Of a DNA stretch of 64,000 nt, positions 19,325 to 27,636 are shown one piece after another. The notes below the pieces were generated by a model that ran no database searches, was not told the origin of the DNA, and saw nothing but the letters and a program-made list of their open reading frames with translations. Position numbers and translations under genes: made by a program. The stretch comes from Ignavibacteriota bacterium (GTDB lineage: Bacteria; Bacteroidota; Ignavibacteria; UBA10030; UBA6906), in contig CAWDEM010000004.1 of NCBI GenBank assembly GCA_963801355.1, forward strand, positions 192,001 through 256,000, in the 5' to 3' direction. Position 1 is the first letter of the stretch; the number at the start of each line of letters is the position of its first letter.

Positions 19325-20020
19325 CTAATCCTTATACTCGATCTTCAGCCGGCTGGTCTTCCCCTGCGGGTTGCGCAACTCAAGCTCGATTCTCTTGTTC
19401 TGGCCGTCCTGCAGGGCATCAGCCGCCACCTTCCGTTCGCGGTCCGTGGATTCGCGGACCACAAGAGTGCCGTCGCCGTTAGAAATCCCGGTGAATCCCG
19501 AACGGACTTCAAGAGACCGGGAAGATGAACGGTTGGAAAATTGAATTGCGCCGTCGGTCACAACCAGCGTGTCGGATCCTATGGCTGTGCTGAAGGCACC
19601 GGTTGTTCCGCGAATCGATGCAACGGAGGTTGGTGACGTGAAGCGGAATTCTTCCCCCGCACGTTGCTTTACCACGTTGAAACCGACGACGCCGGTCTGG
19701 ACTTCCACCGATTTCGAGAAGGAACCGCCGGATGTGTTGCCGGTGACCGTGAGTTCGGATTTTTCACGGAGGTGCACAAGGCTGTTGTCTTTGAACTTGA
19801 TGATGGCAAGGGAAGCCGGACCCGTGCGCACCATATCTCCGGTTGACAGCGTTTGTCCGCGGGCGGCTTTTTCCCATGTTCGCCCGGTTTCCTTCCGCTG
19901 TACTTCGAGTATCACTTTGCTGAGAAGTCCGATCGGCGCGGCCGGAGGATCAGTCGCGACGACCGTACCCGGAGTGGAACACAGGGCCAGCATGAGAAGA
20001 GAGAGCAGAATCGGTTTCAT
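19325..20020 (-). CDS. FecR-domain periplasmic protein
   Basis: Signal peptide; LSTGDMVRTG, FKDNSLVHL, TSPTSVASIRGT (FecR G-T motif), VTDGAI. Confidence 0.88.
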   Translation of the reverse strand: MKPILLSLLMLALCSTPGTVVATDPPAAPIGLLSKVILEVQRKETGRTWEKAARGQTLSTGDMVRTGPASLAIIKFKDNSLVHLREKSELTVTGNTSGGSFSKSVEVQTGVVGFNVVKQRAGEEFRFTSPTSVASIRGTTGAFSTAIGSDTLVVTDGAIQFSNRSSSRSLEVRSGFTGISNGDGTLVVRESTDRERKVAADALQDGQNKRIELELRNPQGKTSRLKIEYKD

Positions 20021-20044
20021 GGCAGACTCCAGTGGAGAGGCGTC

Positions 20045-21097
20045 CTACTCTATGGCCGCATTGATGACGCTCGCGGGATTTTCGCGTATCTGTTCAATCA
20101 GCTTGACGAGTTCGGCAGTTGTCACCGGAGCGCCGTTCAACATGATCTGGCCTGTGGGAGACAACGCTTCGCTCCGGATACGTTCGAACAGGGCTTTGTG
20201 TTGTGGGCCCAGCGCCCGCTCGAGTTCGTCCAACAAACTCTGGATTGCCGAATTGCCGCCGCCGCCGTTCACCGTGAACGAGCGAATCGGACTGCGCAAC
20301 GTGCGGCTGCTTCCACCCGCTGTGCCGAACAGCCCTTCCACGAACCACACATAGGTCTTTGCCGGTTCAAGCGGGCGGACTCCCGCGCTCGGGTAGAGGA
20401 AGGAGTTGCCTGTCACCTCTGAAACCACCTGCGGGACGCCGCTGGTGGCTTCTTCGGGAGAGGATTGCCCGGGCAGCCGTTCGAAAACTGAAATGCGCGC
20501 ACGCGGCCCGTCAAAGTTCCACTGGAAGAGAGGAAACTGACCTACGCCGGTGTCATTGTCCATCGGGAACACGAGTTCAACCCGTGAAGGGTTGGAAAGG
20601 ACGAACCTGAATGTGGCCCGGAAGATCTGCTGCTGCGCGTTCTCGACCTCGATGCGGAATGTATAGACGCCGGCGGGGAGCACCCCGGCAGGAAGCGCAA
20701 CATCCTCGAACCGTCGTTTGGCCGCCGGGTCCATGCCGTACTCCCGGCGGATTTCCGGGTTCCGGAGATCGAGATTGGTGAATGACCGGCCGCCCTCGAT
20801 ATTGAACGGTTTCGTTGCATAGTGTAAGGCCGAGGGAAGAGACTCGCCATCGGACAAATGGACATCAAGGAAGAGCCGCATCGCCTCGACTGAAGCCGTA
20901 GCGCCTACCGCCCCTTTGACCCGGAGGTCAATGGTAAACAGCCACTTCGGGGATGTGGAATTGATGAAATCCACATCCTGGAGCGTCAGCATATCGACAG
21001 GAGCGGCAACGGTGGTGATTTCGATCGTCGGGACCTGCGCATACAGCGGCAGCACTGCAGCGACGACGATGGCGATGAGAAGAAAGGATGTTCTCAT
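20045..21097 (-). CDS. Exported hypothetical protein with Ig/Fn3-like (DUF928-like) segment
   Basis: Signal peptide ending LYAQ; LPAGVYTF, PLFQW, YPSAGVRPLEPAKTYVWFV; first gene of the operon. Confidence 0.7.
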   Translation of the reverse strand: MRTSFLLIAIVVAAVLPLYAQVPTIEITTVAAPVDMLTLQDVDFINSTSPKWLFTIDLRVKGAVGATASVEAMRLFLDVHLSDGESLPSALHYATKPFNIEGGRSFTNLDLRNPEIRREYGMDPAAKRRFEDVALPAGVLPAGVYTFRIEVENAQQQIFRATFRFVLSNPSRVELVFPMDNDTGVGQFPLFQWNFDGPRARISVFERLPGQSSPEEATSGVPQVVSEVTGNSFLYPSAGVRPLEPAKTYVWFVEGLFGTAGGSSRTLRSPIRSFTVNGGGGNSAIQSLLDELERALGPQHKALFERIRSEALSPTGQIMLNGAPVTTAELVKLIEQIRENPASVINAAIE

Positions 21098-21140
21098 GAG
21101 ATCGCCCGATAGGAAGTGAGAGAACTACCAGTAAAAATGA

Positions 21141-21169
21141 AGTATAGCAAATAACGGCGTGTCGTGCAA
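21141..21169 (-). promoter_or_regulatory. Sigma70 promoter of the four-gene CHASE2-cyclase operon
   Basis: Minus strand TTGCAC-17 nt-TATACT with extended TGn. Confidence 0.7.
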
Positions 21170-21173
21170 ATGC

Positions 21174-22490
21174 CTAGAATTGCATCAAATCGTTGTACAC
21201 CACATAAGCCATGAACGCCAGCAAAAGCACGAATCCTGCCTTCTGAAGCGCCATACGCACTTTTACCGGAATCTCACGCCGGAATATGGCTTCGTAGATA
21301 AGGAAGACCATGTGTCCCCCATCGAGTGCAGGGAACGGAAGGAAATTCAAAATAGCCAGACTCATGCTCAGCAATGCCATGAAACCCAGATACGTGAGAA
21401 TCCCCAGCTCCGCTGTCTGGGTGGCCATTTGGGCGATCTTGATCGGTCCACCAACGGACTCGGAAAACGCGATCTTGCCTGCGATAATCTGCCCGACCTG
21501 CTTTACGAAAAGTACGCTGACACTGAATACGTCACTCCAGGCGCGCGAAAAAGATTCGGGGATCGAGTACTCCACTTTGTGCACGGGACCGTTATAGCGC
21601 AGCGCGTAACCAATGCCGATCATGCCTTCGGCCGTGGGAATCGTCGTGCCCGTCAGCTTCTCTCCGTTGCGCTGCCACTCCACCTGTATTGGCTTGCCTG
21701 CATTGGCCTGCACCAGCGGTTTCACCTGGCTATCCGCACCAAGGGGCGTGCCGTTGATGGAAGTCAGCACATCGCCCGGTTTCAGTCCCATGATGTCGGC
21801 GGGCAGGCCGGATTGCACCGTGGTAACGACGATCTCGGTGTGAGTTGGGACAATGCCAAAAACGCTTTCCGATCGATCGGGGATTGAAGCGCGCGGAACC
21901 TGTACGTGAAGTTGTGCACTCCGGCGCATGATGGTGAAATCGATGTCGTCGCCGGCGTTGTCGATGTAGACGCCGTTGAGAATGGCATCCCAATCGCTCA
22001 CCGGCGTGCCGTTGACTTCAAGAATGCGGTCGCCGCTCTGCAGTCCGGCCTTCGCGGCAGCACTCTCCTGGAGCACCGTCCCGATCTCGGTGGTTTCGCG
22101 GACCACCTTGCCCTGCAGGTAGTTAATACCCCAGAAAATGGCCACGGCAAGCAGGATATTCATGATGACCCCGCCTGAAATCACAAGCATCCGTTGCCAG
22201 ATCGGTTTCGCGCGGAATTCCCAGGGTTGCGCCTCCTGTCCCAGGAACTCCGTGTCAAAGCTTTCGTCGATCATGCCGGCAATCTTCACATAGCCGCCGA
22301 TAGGTATCCACGAGACGCAGTAATCGGTGTCTCCGTATACTTTCCCGAAGGCCCGTGGAGGGAATCCGATCGAAAACCGGTCCACCCGCATGCCGCAGAG
22401 CTTGGCAGTGATGAAGTGCCCGAATTCATGGACGAAGACGAGCACGCCGAGGGTAATCACAAAATAGAGGAGAGTCTCAAGTACCTGCAT
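21174..22490 (-). CDS. rseP: RIP metalloprotease RseP
   Basis: HEFGH (HExxH), two PDZ domains, NFLPFPALDGG; follows dxr. Confidence 0.96.
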   Translation of the reverse strand: MQVLETLLYFVITLGVLVFVHEFGHFITAKLCGMRVDRFSIGFPPRAFGKVYGDTDYCVSWIPIGGYVKIAGMIDESFDTEFLGQEAQPWEFRAKPIWQRMLVISGGVIMNILLAVAIFWGINYLQGKVVRETTEIGTVLQESAAAKAGLQSGDRILEVNGTPVSDWDAILNGVYIDNAGDDIDFTIMRRSAQLHVQVPRASIPDRSESVFGIVPTHTEIVVTTVQSGLPADIMGLKPGDVLTSINGTPLGADSQVKPLVQANAGKPIQVEWQRNGEKLTGTTIPTAEGMIGIGYALRYNGPVHKVEYSIPESFSRAWSDVFSVSVLFVKQVGQIIAGKIAFSESVGGPIKIAQMATQTAELGILTYLGFMALLSMSLAILNFLPFPALDGGHMVFLIYEAIFRREIPVKVRMALQKAGFVLLLAFMAYVVYNDLMQF

Positions 22491-22499
22491 AGTTCTTTC

Positions 22500-23666
22500 T
22501 CACGAAGGGACTACATTCAAGTGCCCGACCACGAATGCACGCGCTTCTCGATCGGCACGAAGGATATCGGATAATTGCGGATGGTGCACCGTGCGGTGCG
22601 ATGCCAGCGCCGCGGTGATGAGTTCAGGTATCGCGCTGAAGGTTATGCGGCCTTCGAGAAACTCCTGCACGGCCACTTCATTCGCCGCATTCATGACCGC
22701 CGGTGCCGTACCCCCGGTACGCAAGGCCTGGTACGCCAGCGCGAGGCAGCGGAATTTCACCATATCGGGTGCAAAGAAGGTCATATGCTCTAAAGCAGCG
22801 AAGTCCAGCCGCTGAAACGCGGAACGCGGGCGTTCCGGGTATGTCAGCGCGTACTGTATGGGGAGTTTCATGTCCGGGATGCCCAGCTGGGCCTTCACCG
22901 AGCCATCCACAAATTCAACCATCGAATGAATGATGGATTGGGGGTGGACCACCACATCAATGGCCTCCGCAGGCAAACCAAAAAGCCAGTGGGCTTCGAT
23001 CACCTCAAGCCCCTTATTCATCAGCGTGGCCGAGTCAATCGTGATTTTGCTGCCCATTTTCCAGGTCGGATGGCGCAGCGCCTGCGCGGGCGTTATGTGC
23101 GCGAAGTCCTGGGTGCCGATATTGAGAAACGGCCCGCCGGATGCCGTGAGAATCAGACGCGCGACGCTCAGCGTATCCTCCCCCTGGAGGCATTGCAGGA
23201 TTGCGCTGTGTTCGCTGTCGATCGGCAGGAGCTTGACCCCGTGTTCCCTGACCTTCTGCATCACCAGCTCACCCGCCACAACCAGCGTTTCCTTGTTTGC
23301 GAGTGCGATGTCTTTTCGCGCTTCTATCGCACGGAGCGTCGGGAGCAATCCCGCAAACCCGACGACCGCACTGACGACCGTGTCAACATCGTCGCGCGAC
23401 ACCACCTCCAGCAGACCCTCTTCCCCTACCAGCACCTCAGTGGCGCCATTCACGAGGCTGCGGACGCGGTGCGCGCTGGGTGCATCGAGGACAACCACGC
23501 CGCGCGGTTGGAACCTGCGGATCTGTTCCATCAGCAGGTCTACATTCCGGTTTGCCGACAGATACGTAATGCGGAAGCGGTCTGGAAAGGTACTAATGAC
23601 TTCCAGGCTGCTTTGACCGATCGAACCGGTGGAGCCAAGGACGGCGATGTGGGTTGTGCGATTCAA
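22500..23666 (-). CDS. dxr: 1-deoxy-D-xylulose-5-phosphate reductoisomerase
   Basis: LGSTGSIG, LANKE, PIDSEHSA, TASGGPF, WKMGSKITIDSATLMNKGLE; TTG start. Confidence 0.98.
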   Translation of the reverse strand: MNRTTHIAVLGSTGSIGQSSLEVISTFPDRFRITYLSANRNVDLLMEQIRRFQPRGVVVLDAPSAHRVRSLVNGATEVLVGEEGLLEVVSRDDVDTVVSAVVGFAGLLPTLRAIEARKDIALANKETLVVAGELVMQKVREHGVKLLPIDSEHSAILQCLQGEDTLSVARLILTASGGPFLNIGTQDFAHITPAQALRHPTWKMGSKITIDSATLMNKGLEVIEAHWLFGLPAEAIDVVVHPQSIIHSMVEFVDGSVKAQLGIPDMKLPIQYALTYPERPRSAFQRLDFAALEHMTFFAPDMVKFRCLALAYQALRTGGTAPAVMNAANEVAVQEFLEGRITFSAIPELITAALASHRTVHHPQLSDILRADREARAFVVGHLNVVPS

Positions 23667-23686
23667 CGGAATTCACTTGTCTTTTC

Positions 23687-23733
23687 AAGGTAACCAAACC
23701 CTGCTTGTATATCAAGCAACAGGAAGCTACATT
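23687..23733. promoter_or_regulatory. Overlapping divergent sigma70 promoters (dxr / TPR gene)
   Basis: Minus: TTGATA(23715-23710)-17-TACCTT(23692-23687); plus: TTGTAT(23705-23710)-17-TACATT(23728-23733). Confidence 0.6.
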
Positions 23734-23802
23734 TCTGGAGGGTCAACAGCCGGAATGACGGAAGTAATGAAGCAACAGAACGCATATCACCGTGCGCTTC
23801 AT

Positions 23803-25662
23803 ATGATCCGGGACTGTATTCTCACGCTTTCGTGTGCAGTCGTGTGCACGGGCATCCTCCAGTCTCAAACGCCGGATGCGCAGGCGAAGTTTCGTCTTGC
23901 CCAGGGATTTGAGCAGGCGAGTGAGTGGGATCGGGCTGCGGAACTCTACCGTGACCTTCTCGTGACTGAACCGGGTAATTTTGCCTATTTTGACGGACTC
24001 CAACGGATGTACGTGCAATTGAAGCGCTATGAAGACGCCGGACGCGTGATCCGGGAACGTATCACACTGATGCCGAATGATCCGATGCTGTACGGCATGC
24101 TCGGGACAGTGGAGTATCGGGCCGGGCATGAACCGGAGGCCACACGTGCATGGGAACGTGCAATCGACATTGCCCCCACCAACCAGCAATCCTACAGGCT
24201 TGTCGCCACACTCATGATCGAAAACCGGTTGCTTGACAGGGCTGCGGAGGTATACCGGAGGGGCCGGGCGGCATGCGGGGATCAGCAACTGTTCACGTTC
24301 GAACTCGCGCAACTTCTCGTTGCCTCCATGGACTATGCCGGTGCAACGGAAGAGTACGTGCGCTGGCTTGAACAAAACCCGGCACAGATCGCATTTGTGG
24401 AGAACCGCCTTGCGGCATTCTCGTATAAAGACGAAGGCCGTGCTGCAGCCACCCGTGTGGTGCAGTCCCGCCTGGATCGCCAGCCCACCCCCGGTCTCTA
24501 CGAAATCCTTGCCTGGCTCTACATGGAGGGGAAAGAATTCGATCAGGCGTTTCAGGTGTACCGCCGCATCGACGACAACTCCAGTGCCGACGGTGTCGCG
24601 CTTCTGGGCTTTGCCGACCGTGCCGTTCGTGAGCGATCGTACGACGTTGCGACCCGGGCATATCGTGAAGCGCTGAGCCGGCCACTGCCGGCACAACGCG
24701 TGCCTCAGGCGATGTACGGCAATGCGTGTGCGCTCAAAGAGCTCCAGGTGGCCGCTGACAGCGCCGATGTTCTCACCGTGACAGGCATCCGGACGGCCGG
24801 CGGTGCGCGCGCGCGCCTCACGGAAGCGGTCGGCGCTTTCAACGCCATTGCGGGGGCATATCCGGGTACCGAGTATGCCGCAAAGTCACTCTATCAGATA
24901 GGCCTCATCCAGCTGCGCCAATTTCAGGATCTGGACGGTGCGGCGAGTACATTTCAGCGGGTACTTGCAGATCCGTCGGCGAACCCCTCCATGCGCAATG
25001 ACGTCCAGCTGCGGATGGCGGAACTCCTGATTGCCCGGGCCGACACGACCAATGCGGCTGCGGCGCTGCAGACTGTAGCGGCGTCCCGGAACGCCACACC
25101 CGATCAGACGGATGAGGCCCAACTGCACCTTGCCGAGCTCGCCCTGTTCAACGGGCGGATTGACGATGCGGTCAAGTCGTTGTCGGCAATATCGACCAAT
25201 CTGCAAAACGACTTTGCCAACGATGCCATCGCCCTGCAGGTGCTGCTGCAGAAAAATGCCGGCGCTTCGCCCCAGGCACTCATCCTGTACGGACGGGCGG
25301 AATATCTTGCCCGCCAGCACAGGACACCCGAGGCCGTACAGCAGTTCATGGAGCTCGCGAAGCGCTATCCGGCAACGCCACTCATCGATGATGCGCTTTT
25401 GCGCGCGGGGGGATTGCTTGCACAGGCCGGACGCTATCGCGACGCGCTCGGCGTCTACGACAGCCTGCTGACACACTATCGCGAGCAGAGCAAAATGCTG
25501 GACTACGCTTTGCTGAGCATAGGCGAAGTGCACCAGTACGGTTTAGGTCAGCCGGCGGAGGCGATCGGCGCGTACGAACGCCTGCTCTCCGACTATCCAC
25601 AATCGGTGCTTGTGAACGAAGCACGGCGGCGCATCCGCATGCTGCGGGGAGAATCGTTGTGA
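23803..25662 (+). CDS. Exported tetratricopeptide repeat protein
   Basis: Signal-peptide-like N-terminus from ATG 23803; many TPR units including YPGTEYA, YPATPLIDDA and YPQSVLV (BamD/CpoB-like) repeats. Confidence 0.85.
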   Translation: MIRDCILTLSCAVVCTGILQSQTPDAQAKFRLAQGFEQASEWDRAAELYRDLLVTEPGNFAYFDGLQRMYVQLKRYEDAGRVIRERITLMPNDPMLYGMLGTVEYRAGHEPEATRAWERAIDIAPTNQQSYRLVATLMIENRLLDRAAEVYRRGRAACGDQQLFTFELAQLLVASMDYAGATEEYVRWLEQNPAQIAFVENRLAAFSYKDEGRAAATRVVQSRLDRQPTPGLYEILAWLYMEGKEFDQAFQVYRRIDDNSSADGVALLGFADRAVRERSYDVATRAYREALSRPLPAQRVPQAMYGNACALKELQVAADSADVLTVTGIRTAGGARARLTEAVGAFNAIAGAYPGTEYAAKSLYQIGLIQLRQFQDLDGAASTFQRVLADPSANPSMRNDVQLRMAELLIARADTTNAAAALQTVAASRNATPDQTDEAQLHLAELALFNGRIDDAVKSLSAISTNLQNDFANDAIALQVLLQKNAGASPQALILYGRAEYLARQHRTPEAVQQFMELAKRYPATPLIDDALLRAGGLLAQAGRYRDALGVYDSLLTHYREQSKMLDYALLSIGEVHQYGLGQPAEAIGAYERLLSDYPQSVLVNEARRRIRMLRGESL

Positions 25663-26942
25663 AGATGCCCGGATGGAAATTGTGGGCCTGCATCATTGTG
25701 GTGAGCATGTGTGCCGGCCTGTCACCGGCACAGGACAAGATCCTGGTGATGATGGATCCGGCGCAAACGGATCACCTGAAGGCCTACGGGATAGCATACT
25801 GGGCGCTGACGAAGAACATGGCGGTTGACTGGCTGCTCAACTACCGGGGGGGCTCGTTCATGATGGACGAGAACCCGGTGCTTGCCACGGAGTGCAGCGT
25901 CCGGGGTGTCGCCTTCGCGAGAATTCCCGGCGCAGCTGCGGTACAGATCTATGCAGAGGTGCAGCGCGACGATAACAACATGGATGTCGTACGGCTGGAG
26001 AAAGCTCCGAAGATCGCCGTGTACGTTCCGCCGGGATACAAACCATGGGATGATGCCGTTACCCTCGCACTCACGTACGCTGAAATCCCCTACGAGAAAC
26101 TCTGGGACAAGGAAGTTCTCGAAGGGAAATTGCACGAGTACGACTGGTTGCACCTGCACCACGAGGATTTCACCGGACAGTACGGAAAATTCTTCGCATC
26201 CTTTGCCAGTGCGAACTGGTATCTCGAACAACAGGCGATGCTTGAAAAAGAGGCCCGGACCCTCGGGTTCAAGAAAGTGTCCGAACTTAAGAAAGCCGTT
26301 GCCCGCAGCATCAAGGAGTACATCTCCACCGGCGGATTCATGTTTGCCATGTGCTCCGCAACCGATACGTATGACATTGCGCTCGCGGCGGAGAACACCG
26401 ACATCTGCGATGCGATGTACGACGGCGATCCTCCTGACCCCGACGCCCAGGCACGCCTGGACTTTTCCAAAACGCTGGCGTTCACCGATTTCACGCTGGA
26501 GAAGAATCCGCTGCGGTACGAGTATTCAGACATTGATCAGCCTCCCAGTGATCTGCTCGCGCTTCAGAATCCTGAAACGGACTACTTCACGCTCTTTGAG
26601 TTCTCCGCGAAATTTGATCCCGTACCGACGATGTTGACGCAGAATCATGTGAATGTCATCAAAGGATTCCTCGGCCAGACCACCAGCTTCAAGAAAGCGT
26701 GCATCAAGAAGACCGTCATCATTCTTGCCCAGAAGGAGGGAACGGATGAGGTGCGCTACCTCCACGGCAACTACGGTCGGGGCACGTTCACCTTCTACGG
26801 CGGCCACGACCCGGAAGACTACCAGCACGCGGTGGGGGACCCGCCGACGGATCTCTCATTGCACAAGAACTCGCCGGGATACAGGCTCATCTTGAACAAT
26901 ATCCTTTTTCCGGCGGCGAAGAAGAAACAGCAGAAGACCTAG
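25659..26942 (+). CDS. Conserved exported protein with class-I glutamine amidotransferase-like motifs (family often auto-labelled asparagine synthetase B)
   Basis: Signal peptide; HLKAYG, PWDDAV, WLHLHHEDFTGQYGKF, GGFMFAMCSATD, GGHDPED, GYRLILNN; GTGA overlap with the TPR gene. Confidence 0.75.
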   Translation: MKMPGWKLWACIIVVSMCAGLSPAQDKILVMMDPAQTDHLKAYGIAYWALTKNMAVDWLLNYRGGSFMMDENPVLATECSVRGVAFARIPGAAAVQIYAEVQRDDNNMDVVRLEKAPKIAVYVPPGYKPWDDAVTLALTYAEIPYEKLWDKEVLEGKLHEYDWLHLHHEDFTGQYGKFFASFASANWYLEQQAMLEKEARTLGFKKVSELKKAVARSIKEYISTGGFMFAMCSATDTYDIALAAENTDICDAMYDGDPPDPDAQARLDFSKTLAFTDFTLEKNPLRYEYSDIDQPPSDLLALQNPETDYFTLFEFSAKFDPVPTMLTQNHVNVIKGFLGQTTSFKKACIKKTVIILAQKEGTDEVRYLHGNYGRGTFTFYGGHDPEDYQHAVGDPPTDLSLHKNSPGYRLILNNILFPAAKKKQQKT

Positions 26943-26988
26943 ACAAGTGAGCATCAGAGACCATTTTCCCACCATTTCCGGAGGTTCC

Positions 26989-27636
26989 ATGCGTTCGTTC
27001 ATACTTGCTGTTGCGTTGCTCGTAACGACAGCCGCTGTCGCGCAGCCGATTGTCGGAGGGCTCGCTCCTTCGGTCAACTTCGGTGTCCATGCGAATTTCA
27101 TGAATGCGAATTTCCCGGGCCCACAGGTCAACGGAGCCTCTGCGTTGAAAGATGTCTATGGCGCAGGATTCGGCGGCGGAGTTCATCTCGACGTCCAGCT
27201 GGCCATGGTCAGCTTCCGCCTCTCCGGCGACTACCTGTCATTCTCTCCGGACAACGACAAATACCGTCAGGGGCTTGAAGGAATCATCGGAACCGCTGCC
27301 GGCCAGTTCAGCGTCTCCGGCGGCGGGATCACGATGTGGTCCGGCAACCTCAATGCCAAGATGGCGATCCTCCCTCTGCCGATTATCAAGCCCTACCTCA
27401 CCGGTGGCATCGGGTTGGCCCGGCTGAGCGTCGACGATGCGAAGGTCATGCAGGGCGGTGTTGAGACAAAAGCCTACGCGGGATTCGCCTCGGGAACCAA
27501 AACAGCATGGAATTTCGGCGCGGGTGTTGACCTGTCAATCGGAGTCACGCTCTTTCTTGAGGTCAAGTACATGTGGGTGATGACCGATCCGGAGACAAGC
27601 ACGCTTATTCCGGTGACCATCGGCGTGACGTTCTAG
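26989..27636 (+). CDS. Outer-membrane beta-barrel protein (8-stranded, OmpA/porin-like)
   Basis: GGAGG SD; signal peptide; PYLTGGIG, WNFGAGVD, C-terminal IGVTF. Confidence 0.85.
   Translation: MRSFILAVALLVTTAAVAQPIVGGLAPSVNFGVHANFMNANFPGPQVNGASALKDVYGAGFGGGVHLDVQLAMVSFRLSGDYLSFSPDNDKYRQGLEGIIGTAAGQFSVSGGGITMWSGNLNAKMAILPLPIIKPYLTGGIGLARLSVDDAKVMQGGVETKAYAGFASGTKTAWNFGAGVDLSIGVTLFLEVKYMWVMTDPETSTLIPVTIGVTF

Noticed and set aside
19325-22490. Functional link between RseP and the neighbouring FecR protein
   Set aside because: dxr-rseP is a widespread conserved pair, the operon has its own promoter, and this FecR lacks a cytoplasmic anti-sigma domain; adjacency alone is insufficient
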